Positions 8,495 to 19,001 of a stretch of DNA of 64,000 nucleotides are shown one piece after another. The stretch covers positions 38,287-102,286 of the forward strand of contig JBDRCM010000006.1 in NCBI GenBank assembly GCA_043821725.1. The letters run 5' to 3'. The position numbers and the translations under genes are program-made. The notes beneath the pieces are model-generated. The model worked only from the letters and a program-made list of their open reading frames with translations, was not told the DNA's origin and did no database searches. Each line of letters opens with the position of its first letter. Position 1 is the first letter of the stretch. The stretch is from a bacterium (GTDB taxonomy: Bacteria > Patescibacteriota > Patescibacteriia > Magasanikbacterales > GWA2-37-8).

Positions 8495-10981
8495 ATGCTC
8501 AAGAAAATCATTAAAAACAAGGAAGCAAAAATGTCAGATCTGAATACAACAGGCGAAACCAACATTTCAATTGTTGATGAAATGAGAAAATCATATTTGG
8601 AATACGCCTTGAGCGTAATTGTTTCGCGCGCCTTGCCTGACGTAAGAGACGGCCTCAAGCCGGTGCACAGGCGCATACTGTATGCCATGTGGAATATCGG
8701 ATTAAGGCACAACGCAAAATTCAGAAAATCAGCCCATGTGGTTGGAGAAGTGATGGCAAAATACCATCCGCACGGAGATGCCGCCATATATGATTCATTA
8801 GTAAGAATGGCACAATATTTTTCAATGCGAGAACCGCTTATCCACGGCCAAGGAAATTTCGGATCAATGGATGGCGACCCTGCGGCGGCCATGCGATATA
8901 CTGAAACTAAATTAAGAACAGCGGCCGAAGAGATGCTTTTTGACATTGAAAAAGACACTGTTGACTTCAGGCCCAATTATGACGGCTCTCACAATGAACC
9001 GGCTGTACTGCCTGCAAAAATACCCAACCTTTTGCTCAATGGAACTACCGGAATAGCTGTGGGCATGGCCACTTCAATTCCTCCCCACAATCTAATTGAA
9101 TTGTGCCAAGGAGTAGTTAAGATTATTGACAAGCCAAACTGTTCAATTGATGAACTCACTGAAATAATTAAAGGCCCTGACTTTCCTACAGGTGGCATAA
9201 TATATAATAAAAAAGATATGCTGGCCGCTTTTGCCACAGGCAAAGGCGGAATTGTAGTGCGCGCAAAAACAAACATTGAAGAATTAAAAGATTCAAAATA
9301 CCGAATTATTATCAGTGAAATTCCATACATGGTGAATAAAGCAACGCTTATCGGCAAAATTGCGACCTTAGTTCAAGAAAAAAAGATAGAAGGGATAAAA
9401 GATTTGCGGGACGAATCAAATAAAGACGGCGTAAGAATTGTTATTGAACTTAAAAAGGACTCATATCCTAAAAAAATACTAAACCGGCTATTCCAATTAA
9501 CAGACCTGCAGACAACCTTTCATTACAATATGCTTGCTTTGGTTGATGAATGCCGCCAGCCGCGAATACTCAACTTGAAAACCGTGCTTGAAGAATTTAT
9601 CAAACATAGGCAGATTATAATAAAAAGACGCACAACATTTGATTTGTTAAAAGCCAAAGAGCGAGCTCACATACTTGAGGGCTTGAAAAAAGCATTGGAT
9701 AATATCAATAAAGTAATTAAAATAATTCAGCAGTCAAAAGACAAAGAGGAAGCTAAAGTAAACTTAATTAAACAATTCAAATTTTCCGACAAGCAGACAA
9801 CAGCCATTTTGGAAATGAAACTGCAGCAGCTTGCCAACATGGAGCGCAAAAAAATATTGGACGAACTTAGGGAAAAAATGATTCTGATAAAGGGTCTTGA
9901 ATCAATTCTTGCTTCTCAAAAAAAGATGATGAACATCATCAGGGCTGAAACAATTGAAATTGAAAAAAAGTATGGAAATCCAAGGCGGACGGAAATAATA
10001 ACGCGCGGAGTCAAGGACTTTAAAATGGAGGATCTTGTGCCAAATGAAGGAACAATAATTATGGTAACTGTGGATGGCTACATTAAACGTCTGCCAATTG
10101 ATACTTTCAAACAGCAGTTGCGCGGTGGCAAGGGCGTGATAGGACTCACTACCAAAGAAGAAGATAGCATAGACATGTTGCAAGCCACTAATACGCATGA
10201 CAATATTCTTTTCTTGACCAACCGAGGCCGTGTTTTCCAAATGATGGCATATGACATTCCTCAAAGTACGCGAACATCCAAAGGCCAAGCGCTTGTTAAT
10301 TTCCTATTGCTTGCTCCAAATGAGAAGGTAACTGCTATGATTGCCATGAGCGACATTTCCAATTCAAAATACCTTGTAATGGTAACTCAAAAAGGGATTA
10401 TCAAAAAAAGCGCCATTGAAGATTTCGCAAATGTGCGCAAGAGCGGTCTTATAGCTGTAAAACTCAAAAGTGAAGACAACCTTGAATGGGTAAAGCCATC
10501 GTGCGGAAAGGATGAAATAATTATTGCCACTAAAAAAGGGCAGGCAATAAGATTTCGGGAAAAAGACATACGCGCCATGGGTCGGACCGCAGCAGGAGTA
10601 AGAGGAATACGTCTAAAGGCAAATGATGAAGTTATTTGCATGGATGTGGTTGATCCGAAAAATAAAAATCTTGAACTTTTTACAATTTCTGAAAATGGAT
10701 TGGGCAAACGAACTCCACTTTCTCAATACAGGATTCAAGGCAGGGGAGGCAGTGGAATCAAGAGCTCAACAATTAGCGCAAAGACAGGGAATCTTGCCGC
10801 ATCCCGCGTATGCGACCATATGGAAAACAAAGATAGTGATCTTATGGTTATGTCCAACAAAGGACAGGTTATACGCCTGCCTTATAAGGCAATAAGCGTT
10901 TCAAGCCGAGCCACACAAGGAGTACGGCTTATGCGATTTAAAGCTGAAGGCGATAAAGTTACAACCGTCACAATACTTTAA
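8495..10981 (+). CDS. gyrA: DNA gyrase subunit A
   Basis: [37 protein letters not shown], and the C-terminal beta-pinwheel repeats are present. The true start may be the internal MSDLNTT at 8531. Confidence 0.9.
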   Translation: MLKKIIKNKEAKMSDLNTTGETNISIVDEMRKSYLEYALSVIVSRALPDVRDGLKPVHRRILYAMWNIGLRHNAKFRKSAHVVGEVMAKYHPHGDAAIYDSLVRMAQYFSMREPLIHGQGNFGSMDGDPAAAMRYTETKLRTAAEEMLFDIEKDTVDFRPNYDGSHNEPAVLPAKIPNLLLNGTTGIAVGMATSIPPHNLIELCQGVVKIIDKPNCSIDELTEIIKGPDFPTGGIIYNKKDMLAAFATGKGGIVVRAKTNIEELKDSKYRIIISEIPYMVNKATLIGKIATLVQEKKIEGIKDLRDESNKDGVRIVIELKKDSYPKKILNRLFQLTDLQTTFHYNMLALVDECRQPRILNLKTVLEEFIKHRQIIIKRRTTFDLLKAKERAHILEGLKKALDNINKVIKIIQQSKDKEEAKVNLIKQFKFSDKQTTAILEMKLQQLANMERKKILDELREKMILIKGLESILASQKKMMNIIRAETIEIEKKYGNPRRTEIITRGVKDFKMEDLVPNEGTIIMVTVDGYIKRLPIDTFKQQLRGGKGVIGLTTKEEDSIDMLQATNTHDNILFLTNRGRVFQMMAYDIPQSTRTSKGQALVNFLLLAPNEKVTAMIAMSDISNSKYLVMVTQKGIIKKSAIEDFANVRKSGLIAVKLKSEDNLEWVKPSCGKDEIIIATKKGQAIRFREKDIRAMGRTAAGVRGIRLKANDEVICMDVVDPKNKNLELFTISENGLGKRTPLSQYRIQGRGGSGIKSSTISAKTGNLAASRVCDHMENKDSDLMVMSNKGQVIRLPYKAISVSSRATQGVRLMRFKAEGDKVTTVTIL

Positions 10982-11005
10982 AACACAACATTAAAAAATG
11001 TTATT

Positions 11006-11035
11006 AAAAACCCCGATTTCGCAATCGGGGTTTTT
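11006..11035. terminator. bidirectional intrinsic terminator between gyrA (+) and ftsH (-)
   Basis: AAAAACCCCGATTTCGCAATCGGGGTTTTT. An 8-bp GC stem is flanked by an A-run and a T-run. Confidence 0.7.
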
Positions 11036-11073
11036 AATTAGTATGTATGTTCCAAATCTTTTTTTGCTCTGCA

Positions 11074-12924
11074 CTAAACAATAATTTCCTGCAATTTATC
11101 TTCGTCCTTAAAAATCATTCCAATCTCGTCTTGTTCAATTGTTTCTTTTTCCAACAATATCTTTACCATTTTTTCCATTTTATCACGATGTCCTCTTACA
11201 ACCTGTCCGGCCTTTTCTTTTGCCTCGTTAATAATCCTAATAATTTCCTTGTCAATTTCTTCAGCTGTCTTGTCGCTATAATCGCGCTGTTCATGAATAT
11301 CTCTACCAAGGAAAATCATATCTTCATGCTTGCCAAAAGTGCGAGGTCCGAGCTTTGACATGCCATAGCGAGTGACCATATCCCGCGCTATTTCAGTTGC
11401 CCTTTGTAAATCACTGCAGGGCCCGGTGGAAATATCGTGAAAAATCAACTGTTCAACAACATATCCGCCTAAAATCATAGCAAGGTCATCACTAAAATGT
11501 TCAAAGGTATTATATCGCCTGTCTTCTGTTGGCATATTGAGAGTATATCCGCCAGCTCTTCCGCGTGAAATGATTGAAACCTTTCTTACCGGATCGCAGT
11601 TTGGTAAAAAATGACCCACAATGGCGTGTCCTGCTTCGTGGTAAGCGGTCATATTTTTTTCCTTTTCACTGATTACCCTGTGCTTTCTTTCCGGACCAAG
11701 CAATACTTTTTCAATGCTTTCCAAAATTTCATCTTGGCTGACTTTTTTCTTATTGCGCCTTACCGCTAAAATGGCCGCCTCATTAAGAAGATTTTCAAGA
11801 TCAGCACCATTAAACCCCGGGGTTCGCTCTGCAATTATGCGCATTGATACTTCACGATTTAAGGGCTTATTTTTAGCATGAATACTCAATATTTCCTCCC
11901 TATCTTTAATGTCAGGCATATCCAGAGTAACGCGCCTGTAAAAACGACCGGGTCTTAACAGCGCAGGATCCAGCACATCAGGCCTGTTCGTTGCGGCCAT
12001 TACTATAACACCAATATTCGGTTCAAAACCATCCATTTCCACTAAAATTTGATTAAGTGTCTGCTCGCGCTCATCATGTCCGCCTCCGAGTCCGGCGCCT
12101 CTGCGCCTGCCTACCGCATCAATCTCATCAATAAATACAATGGCTGGCGCAGCTTTTTTGGCCTTGCCAAATAAATCTCTTACGCGGGAAGCTCCAACGC
12201 CAACAAACATTTCAACAAATTCAGACCCTGACATATTAAAAAACTGTACGTTTGCCTGTCCGGCAACTGCCTTTGCCAGCAATGTCTTGCCTGTTCCGGG
12301 TGCGCCCATGAGTAAAACGCCTTTTGGTATTTTTGCTCCCATTGCATCAAATTTCTTTGGATCGCGCAAAAATTCAACAATCTCCTGTAATTCTTCTTTA
12401 GCTTCTTTTACTCCGGCAACATCATCAAATGTTTTTTTGTCTTTTTTTTCTTTGGGATCTGTCTGCTTGGCTGAGCTCTGTCCAAATCCCATAGCGCGAT
12501 TATTCATCCCCTGCACTCCACGGGACATAAAATAGAAGAAAAGAACAAAGATAAGCAAGGGCAAAAGTATGGGAAAAAGATTCGCAGCCCAAAACTTTGC
12601 CGAATTCTCATCTTTAATTTCAACATCCAGCTCAGCGCGCACTGTATCTGAAACACCGTAATTTTTCATAATGTCACCGAATGACTCATTGGCTTCTTTT
12701 TTCGCTTCTTGAATCTTAGTGCTTCCGTCTTTCATTTCCGCGCTTACCATATTTCCCTGCACAATAATTTTTTTGACCTTGCTTTCATTTATCAATGCAA
12801 CCATTTTGCCCATGCTTATCTCTTCTTTCTTTTTTCCTTCATCAAATTTTACCATGCTGAAAATGCCCGCTATGAGCAAAATCACGATGAATATTATAAA
12901 AAAATTTTTAAAAAAATTCTTCAT
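11074..12924 (-). CDS. ftsH: ATP-dependent zinc metalloprotease FtsH
   Basis: N-terminal TM region, Walker [29 protein letters not shown] region, and zinc site HEAGHAIVG. Confidence 0.9.
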   Translation of the reverse strand: MKNFFKNFFIIFIVILLIAGIFSMVKFDEGKKKEEISMGKMVALINESKVKKIIVQGNMVSAEMKDGSTKIQEAKKEANESFGDIMKNYGVSDTVRAELDVEIKDENSAKFWAANLFPILLPLLIFVLFFYFMSRGVQGMNNRAMGFGQSSAKQTDPKEKKDKKTFDDVAGVKEAKEELQEIVEFLRDPKKFDAMGAKIPKGVLLMGAPGTGKTLLAKAVAGQANVQFFNMSGSEFVEMFVGVGASRVRDLFGKAKKAAPAIVFIDEIDAVGRRRGAGLGGGHDEREQTLNQILVEMDGFEPNIGVIVMAATNRPDVLDPALLRPGRFYRRVTLDMPDIKDREEILSIHAKNKPLNREVSMRIIAERTPGFNGADLENLLNEAAILAVRRNKKKVSQDEILESIEKVLLGPERKHRVISEKEKNMTAYHEAGHAIVGHFLPNCDPVRKVSIISRGRAGGYTLNMPTEDRRYNTFEHFSDDLAMILGGYVVEQLIFHDISTGPCSDLQRATEIARDMVTRYGMSKLGPRTFGKHEDMIFLGRDIHEQRDYSDKTAEEIDKEIIRIINEAKEKAGQVVRGHRDKMEKMVKILLEKETIEQDEIGMIFKDEDKLQEIIV

Positions 12925-12939
12925 AGCAAATAATTAAGA

Positions 12940-14256
12940 TTATTCGGCTTTTGCGCCCTTGTCAGTGGTGTTAGTGGTGTCAGTGGTGTTAGTGGTGTTA
13001 GTGGTGTCAGTGGTGTTAGTGGTGTCAGTGGTGTTAGTGGTGTTAGTGGTGTCCGGGCTTTCTGCGCCACTGCCAACGTCAACATTTTCATCTTCTTTCT
13101 TGTCATCCAGCTTTTCCCCTGTCTTATCGTTGGTTGGTTTTTCCTGCTTTATTTGTGGCTTCTTTGCTGTTATGTCCGGAAGCTTTAAACCAAGACGATG
13201 CTCGGGTGGCTCCAAAGAAACCACTTCAAACTCTCTTAAATCACCTATGTTAAATTCGTTCTTTATGCTTTCATTACCATTGGACACTTCTGAAATATGA
13301 GCAAGCCCATGAATTTCTTCGTCAAGAGCAACCATCAGCCCGAAGGGTTCTATTTTTATTATTTTTCCCTGAACTTTATCTCCGACTTTATATTTATCTT
13401 TAACTTTTTTCCATGGATCATCAACCAGTCGCTTGATTGACAAATATATTTTTGATTTGTCAAGCTGAATTATTTGCGCTTCTATATTGTCACCGACTTT
13501 CAAAACATCTCTTGGGTGGTCAATGCGCTTCCATGCAATTTCAGAAATATGAACAAGTCCTTCCAGTCCGACTCCGAACTTCACAAACGCTCCGAATGAA
13601 GTAAGAGCGCTGACTTCTCCCTCAATCTTGTTGCCGATTTTGTACGATTCAAGCACTGCTTTTTGCGAATCTTCCCAAACCGCCTTTTCTGAAACTATTA
13701 ATTTTTCCTCATTTTGATTGGCATCTATAATTTTAACTTCCAGGTCATTATTGATTAGTTCCTGTAATTTTTCCAAAATTCTAAGCTTATCGCCACCTGC
13801 CACTCGCGGATAATTGTCCGGCGACAGCTGGCTAACCGGCATAAATCCGGTTAAAGCATCAACCTGCATGATTAAACCGCCTTTGTTAGCTGCCACCACT
13901 CGTGATTTAACGGCTATGCCTTCATTCATGTATTTTTTCATATTTTCCCAAGCCCGTTTATAGCCGGCACTTCTAAAAGAAAGCTCCATCTCGCCATTTT
14001 CGTTTTCCAATTCCAAAACAGTGGCTTCAACTTTGTCGCCCACTTTTATTTCTGAATATTCCTTTGATTCTGTAAACAATTCACGACCGCGCACAACGCC
14101 GACCGTTAACCCTCTGATGTCCAATTTTATTGACCCCTTGTCAATTGAGATTACTTCGCACTCAACCACTTCATTAACTTTTGGAATGTCAACCTGATAT
14201 GACTCCAATAATGTTTGAAAGCTTGGCTGGTTGCTTGTTGGTACGTTTACATTCAT
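12940..14256 (-). CDS. rpsA: 30S ribosomal protein S1 (4 S1 domains) with a C-terminal (TTN/TTD)n low-complexity tail
   Basis: S1-domain motifs EGEVSALTSFGAFVKF and GLAHISEVS are present. The C-terminus reads ...SPDTTNTTNTTDTTNTTDTTNTTNTTDTTNTTDKGAKAE. Confidence 0.8.
   Translation of the reverse strand: MNVNVPTSNQPSFQTLLESYQVDIPKVNEVVECEVISIDKGSIKLDIRGLTVGVVRGRELFTESKEYSEIKVGDKVEATVLELENENGEMELSFRSAGYKRAWENMKKYMNEGIAVKSRVVAANKGGLIMQVDALTGFMPVSQLSPDNYPRVAGGDKLRILEKLQELINNDLEVKIIDANQNEEKLIVSEKAVWEDSQKAVLESYKIGNKIEGEVSALTSFGAFVKFGVGLEGLVHISEIAWKRIDHPRDVLKVGDNIEAQIIQLDKSKIYLSIKRLVDDPWKKVKDKYKVGDKVQGKIIKIEPFGLMVALDEEIHGLAHISEVSNGNESIKNEFNIGDLREFEVVSLEPPEHRLGLKLPDITAKKPQIKQEKPTNDKTGEKLDDKKEDENVDVGSGAESPDTTNTTNTTDTTNTTDTTNTTNTTDTTNTTDKGAKAE
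12961..13053. repeat. 9-bp tandem repeat (AGTGGTGTY x ~10) encoding the S1 TTN/TTD tail
   Basis: A direct tandem array is visible in the sequence, in-frame with rpsA. Confidence 0.85.
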
Positions 14257-14505
14257 AAATTTATTTATCTTCCATCTTTGCCTTCACTTTCGGAAATATG
14301 ACAGTAGCCAAATAGCCGTAGGAGGCAATGATTGATAACAAAAAAAGATGTTCTTATCCCCTTGTCCTGCAACCAATGGGTTGAAAGACAAACGGGTGTT
14401 TTTCACTATGGTGGAAAAACTTGTTTTTTAATTGTTTGTATTATATTATATATATTACCACATGTCAATAGAGCGCAATTAAAATATTTTCTTACGCTAA
14501 ATATG

Positions 14506-14806
14506 AACTCATGTAGAGTTATTCAACATAATGCGCTATTACTAACGAAATGACAAATGTTAAAAAATGTCTGTCATTCTGAATCCCGACCTAGTCGGGA
14601 CTTATCCCGACCTAGTCGGGACTTATCCCGACCTAGTCGGGATGAAGAATCCCTTAAATAATTCACTTGAATTAATTTGAATGACCAGAGGGATCCTTCG
14701 CGGAGTTTATCCTCGAGCGTAGCGAAGGGCTCAGGATGACAGGTGAAGGAATCAGGATGACAGGTGACACGCTCAAGATGACATAGTGGTAAACTCTGTA
14801 TGAGTT
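14506..14806 (+). mobile_element. MITE family 2, copy L (~300 bp) with TIR AACTCATGTAGAGTT / AACTCTGTATGAGTT
   Basis: The terminal inverted repeats are visible. Internally there are 3 tandem 21-bp units CCCGACCTAGTCGGGACTTAT (14585..14641) and repeated TCAGGATGACAG motifs. It is an inverted near-copy of the element at 17039..17264. Confidence 0.7.
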
Positions 14807-14830
14807 CTATAACTAAAAAATACATCTTTT

Positions 14831-16180
14831 ATGAAATATTTTTTACTACGATTTCTACCAGCACTGTGTTTTGTATTGATTATAGGCGGGTGTAATACGA
14901 ATAGAAATACAGTCATTATAAAACCACCTGCAAGCGCAGTATCTAACACAAACGCAAATCCAACAGCCAATGTAAACATAACTGTTGTTGCCAAATCCAC
15001 TACCTTAAATTCAACAACAACTCCAATTGCAAAAACAATTGATAAATATGATCTTTGGTCAAAAGGCGTTAAACTGCGTGGCGCCAACATCTATCAAAGG
15101 CGGGTCTATCCGGATTTAGACGGCAACTCATTCGGTCCGGGTTTGGTTGGCCCTGTTTATACTCAAAAAGATTTTGATGGTTTATCCGCTTTAGGTGCCA
15201 ACTGGGTGCAAATTGAACATCCCGGCCTATATTCTGAAAAACCACCTTATAGATTAGATGGCGAAGTGCAAATCAATCTTGATAATCTCATTAGCATGGC
15301 TTCAAAAGCAAATATGTTTGTTACAATCGCTTTTCGAACAGGCCCGGGCAGATCTGAATTCACTTTTTATGATGAGGATGATGACGATTGGTTTGATGAC
15401 AGTTATAGAAATGACAAAGTATGGAAGGATGAAACCGCCCAGCAGGCATGGGCTGACATGTGGGAGTATACAGCTGAAAGATACAAAAACAATCCAATAG
15501 TTGTTGGCTATAATCTTATGGTTGAACCGAACGGCGAGTCCAGAGCGTTTTCAGAAGAGCTATGGGAGCCAGATGAATTTTATCCAAAATACAAAAATTC
15601 CATGGCTGATTGGAATCAAATGTATCCAAAGTTGGTTTCTGCAATCAGAAAAAACGACAAGAATACGCCGATTTTAGTCGGACATATGGCTTACAATTCC
15701 GTAAATTGGCTTCCATACTTAAATGATGTAAACGGCTCAAAAATAGTTTGGATAGCGCACCAATATGAACCATACGCATATACGCATGACGCGCAATCCA
15801 ATACAAAATACCCGTCAACATTTAAATGGTATGGAGAAAAAATTATTTTAGATAAGAACTATTTGAAAACGATTTACGATCTGGCGAAAAATACAGCAAC
15901 TAAAAATAGCAGACCGCTCGCAATTGATGAATTTGGTGTTTACAGATTTAAAGAAGGCGCTTCCCAATTTCTTGAAGATAGCATGAATCTTATGGAAGAG
16001 CGCGGTACCAATTATTGCATATGGTCATGGGATTCGGCGCAAAGGGCTAAAAACTTTCCTGAAGACGATCAATTTGATTTTACAAGAGGCGCCAACAAAA
16101 AAAATCATGAACCGGTTCAAAATCCGTTGCTGGATGTTGTAAAAAAATACTGGCAAAAAAATTCTGCCAGGCCTTTTTAA
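14831..16180 (+). CDS. glycoside hydrolase family 5 (cellulase-like) lipoprotein
   Basis: A lipoprotein signal (LIIGGC) is present. GH5 features are GANWVQIEHPG, a catalytic acid context GYNLMVEPNGE (NEP), and a nucleophile context IDEFGV. Confidence 0.6.
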   Translation: MKYFLLRFLPALCFVLIIGGCNTNRNTVIIKPPASAVSNTNANPTANVNITVVAKSTTLNSTTTPIAKTIDKYDLWSKGVKLRGANIYQRRVYPDLDGNSFGPGLVGPVYTQKDFDGLSALGANWVQIEHPGLYSEKPPYRLDGEVQINLDNLISMASKANMFVTIAFRTGPGRSEFTFYDEDDDDWFDDSYRNDKVWKDETAQQAWADMWEYTAERYKNNPIVVGYNLMVEPNGESRAFSEELWEPDEFYPKYKNSMADWNQMYPKLVSAIRKNDKNTPILVGHMAYNSVNWLPYLNDVNGSKIVWIAHQYEPYAYTHDAQSNTKYPSTFKWYGEKIILDKNYLKTIYDLAKNTATKNSRPLAIDEFGVYRFKEGASQFLEDSMNLMEERGTNYCIWSWDSAQRAKNFPEDDQFDFTRGANKKNHEPVQNPLLDVVKKYWQKNSARPF

Positions 16181-16202
16181 CAATTCTTAAACCACTGTAA
16201 TT

Positions 16203-16264
16203 TTTATTAACGCAACGTAGCGAGGATTTTGCTGAGCGGGATCTTGGCACAGGGAGGGGTTCAT
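16203..16264 (-). repeat. copy B (short, ~62 nt) of the ATGAACCCCTCC...GCGTTAATAAAA repeat family
   Basis: The reverse complement reads ATGAACCCCTCCCTGTGCCAAGATCCCGCTCAGCAAAATCCTCGCTACGTTGCGTTAATAAAA. It abuts the TGA stop of the GT2 gene. Confidence 0.6.
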
Positions 16265-17004
16265 AATTCATTTGTGCGAGGAGGCAAATAGTTGGTTTGC
16301 CTTCCAAAACACATCTTGACAAAATTCCAAGCAAGAACTGCCAGTTTTATGTTAAGTTTGAATCTGCGCGATGATACAAAATACCGCAATGAGCAATCAA
16401 CCTTGATTTTACCAAACTCACTTAATCTGCGGGTCAAGTCAGCGTCTTCTCCAAATTTTAAATTCTCATCAAACCCGCGTGTTTTATCATATAATTCTTT
16501 TTTAAAAACCATGCCATTGCCGATTGGGCCCACTTTATTGAATGAAGCTATTTTGGCAAAAAACAATATGGGTCTAAAAAAAACAACGCAAGCCGCGTTC
16601 TTCAAAATAGATCCATCATAAAAATAAAACTGTCCTCCAAGACAGGCAAGATTTTCATCCTCCTCAAATCGCTTAAGCGCCTGTTGTAAAAAATCACAAG
16701 GAAGATTAGTATCAGCGTCTATCTGTACTATGTATTTGCCTTGCGCGACTTCAGCGCCTTTTTTTCTAGCGCTTCCAACGCCTCTTTTATCTTCCTTTAC
16801 CAAACTTGCTCCTTTTGAACGCACTATTTGATTGCTCATGTCTGTTGAGCCGTTGTCAACCGCTATTATGTCATAATTAAAATCGCCTTGCTGATTTTTC
16901 GCGTGTTCAAGACAAGATCCAATATATTTCTCTTCATTATATAGAGGCACGACTATGCTGAACAATATCTCATCATTTAAATTATTGTGAGCGTTAATTT
17001 TCAT
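16261..17004 (-). CDS. family 2 glycosyltransferase
   Basis: FSIVVPLYNEEKYIGSCLEHAKNQ...DIIAVDNGSTD and the DxD context QIDADT are typical of a GT-A fold GT2. Confidence 0.7.
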   Translation of the reverse strand: MKINAHNNLNDEILFSIVVPLYNEEKYIGSCLEHAKNQQGDFNYDIIAVDNGSTDMSNQIVRSKGASLVKEDKRGVGSARKKGAEVAQGKYIVQIDADTNLPCDFLQQALKRFEEDENLACLGGQFYFYDGSILKNAACVVFFRPILFFAKIASFNKVGPIGNGMVFKKELYDKTRGFDENLKFGEDADLTRRLSEFGKIKVDCSLRYFVSSRRFKLNIKLAVLAWNFVKMCFGRQTNYLPPRTNEL

Positions 17005-17038
17005 AAATTGAACTGAATTTTTTGTAAACCTATAATTT

Positions 17039-17264
17039 AACTCATACAGAGTTTAGCACTATGTCATTCTGAACCCTTCGCTCGCTCGAGGATAAACTCC
17101 GCGAAGAATCCCTTAGATAACGCGAGAGGGCGCGGAGTTTACCCTTGAAGGAAGTGAAGGACTCCCTCAGGATGACAGGACAGATACTCAGGATGACAGA
17201 CATTTTTTAACATTTATCATTTCGCTAGTAATAGCGCACTATGTTGAATAACTCTATATGAGTT
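17039..17264 (-). mobile_element. MITE family 2, copy R (~226 bp), inverted relative to copy L
   Basis: TIR AACTCATACAGAGTT / AACTCTATATGAGTT. Its arms are reverse complements of both arms of the copy at 14506..14806, e.g. ATGTCTGTCAT(C/T)CTGA and CTTCGCGGAGTTTATCCTCGAGCG. Confidence 0.7.
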
Positions 17265-17416
17265 GGTTTACTATTGCCTTAGCAGTTTGATATTTCTTTT
17301 GCTTTTTAATATTTTATCACGACATCTCTATTATGATAAGGCCTTGAACAAATGGCCAAACTAAAAAACAAAAATACCTGTCTTCCTGACAGGTCTCATA
17401 CCATCTAAATACAAAA

Positions 17417-18622
17417 TTAGGCGTTTGGCACAAAATGCCGCATGATATCGTCAACTGTCACAATGCCGAGCAATCTATCATCATCATCAAGAACTGCAAC
17501 AGAATAAAGGTTGTATTTTGTAATAAGAGACGCCACTTCCAACAACTTATTGTTGACTTTAGCTGTGGGAATTTTTTTACCTTTTTTCATTATATCGCTC
17601 ATTTTCGCTTCTTTGTCAGCCAAAAGTAGCCAACGCAAAGATACCACTCCAAGAAACACATCATCCCGATCAATCACATAAACAAAATATATTGAACTGT
17701 GTATATGATTGATACGCCTAATTGTGCCCACCACTTCATTGACAGTATCTTCTGGGTAGGCAGTCAAATATTCAGTAGTCATCAAACCGCCGGCTTGGTC
17801 TTCATCATATTCAAGCATCTTTGTAACATGCTGTTTCTTTGCATCAGAAGGAAGCTCTTCCAAAATTTCACGCGACTCTCGCTCAGGCAAAAGTTGTATT
17901 AAATCTACCAATTCATCAACTGACATTTTCTGCATTACCAATGAAGCGCGCTCCGGCCCCAATTTTTCAACAAGAATCTTCTGAATACCCGGTTCAATTT
18001 CTTCCAACACGCGCGCAGCTGTTTGCTCATCCATGCTCTCCAAAAGCATACTGCCCTGATTCAAATTCATTTTTTCTATCAAATTCGCAACATCAGCCGG
18101 GTGTAGCTTATTCAAATCCCTGACTGAAGTGGAAAGCTGAATTTTATCATCAAGAAGGCGCACATCTTTCCATTCCAAAAGCTCTTTTCTGCCGATTTTA
18201 GTAATTCCCAATCGACGAAGCAAACCGGCCTGTCCTATGTCAATGGCTACCAAGCTCATTACATCCTTAATATACCCGACTTGTAAATCATTGACTCTTA
18301 CCACTCTTATTCCTTCCAAATCAACAATTTGCCTGTCCAATACGGCTTCCTTCAAATATATTACATCTTTATCAATTAAAATATCAGTAATAACTTCCTC
18401 AAGTTTTTTCTTAATTGTGATAACATTTTTTGAAAAACTTTCAATATCTTTGATTTTAATAAACCGCTTGTCTTTTTTGTTCAATTCAAAAATTACAACA
18501 CCAACAACAGGAGGATGATTTTGTGATGGCAAACTTTTTATTGCCACATCAACAACTATAGCTACTTTAGCATCAGTTTGATCCTGAACCGTAGCATTAA
18601 CAATGTTGCTTAAGTACAACAT
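17417..18622 (-). CDS. MgtE-N-domain plus CBS-pair protein with no transmembrane domain (Mg-sensor-like)
   Basis: The acidic MgtE_N-like helical region (LLESMDEQTAARVLEEIEP...LLPERESREILEELP) is followed by two CBS motifs (VFLGVVSLRWLL, RLLGIVTVDDIMRHF). No hydrophobic C-terminal channel domain is present. Confidence 0.5.
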   Translation of the reverse strand: MLYLSNIVNATVQDQTDAKVAIVVDVAIKSLPSQNHPPVVGVVIFELNKKDKRFIKIKDIESFSKNVITIKKKLEEVITDILIDKDVIYLKEAVLDRQIVDLEGIRVVRVNDLQVGYIKDVMSLVAIDIGQAGLLRRLGITKIGRKELLEWKDVRLLDDKIQLSTSVRDLNKLHPADVANLIEKMNLNQGSMLLESMDEQTAARVLEEIEPGIQKILVEKLGPERASLVMQKMSVDELVDLIQLLPERESREILEELPSDAKKQHVTKMLEYDEDQAGGLMTTEYLTAYPEDTVNEVVGTIRRINHIHSSIYFVYVIDRDDVFLGVVSLRWLLLADKEAKMSDIMKKGKKIPTAKVNNKLLEVASLITKYNLYSVAVLDDDDRLLGIVTVDDIMRHFVPNA

Positions 18623-18629
18623 ATATTAT

Positions 18630-19001
18630 TCAATTTAATGTTTCCAAATATGTATTAAGTAAAATGATTGCCGACTTCTCATCCCTGCTTGCGCTTTCTG
18701 CCCCTCCCATTCTATCTGACATTTGCGAGCTAAATCTTTCATCTACAAAATTAACTTCTACGCCTGATTGTTCTTTAATTTGTTCTGCAAAATTGCGGAT
18801 CTTGCGTGTATTGTCATTTTCAGAACTGTCCAAAGATAGCGGAAGACCCAACACTATTTTATCAATTTTTTCTTTTATAATCAAATCTATAACTTCAATT
18901 GGCCCGCCTGCTTGACCATAGGGAAGAACAACGTCTGCCGATGAATTCCAGATAGCAAGGCCTATTCGCTTGGTTCCAAAATCAATTGACAATATTTTCA
19001 T
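18630..19001 (-). CDS. ruvX: Holliday-junction resolvase-like RuvX/YqgF
   Basis: MKILSIDFGTKRIGLAIWNS...IVLGLPLSLD matches the YqgF consensus. Confidence 0.8.
   Translation of the reverse strand: MKILSIDFGTKRIGLAIWNSSADVVLPYGQAGGPIEVIDLIIKEKIDKIVLGLPLSLDSSENDNTRKIRNFAEQIKEQSGVEVNFVDERFSSQMSDRMGGAESASRDEKSAIILLNTYLETLN

Noticed and set aside
14585-14641. Three tandem 21-bp units CCCGACCTAGTCGGGACTTAT that could look like a mini CRISPR array
   Set aside because: The units are contiguous with no unique spacers. Each unit is itself a hairpin and the array lies inside a MITE. No cas genes are nearby.
14574-14825. 83-aa ORF with an SRLGRDK repeat
   Set aside because: It lies entirely within MITE copy L and translates the 21-bp tandem repeat.
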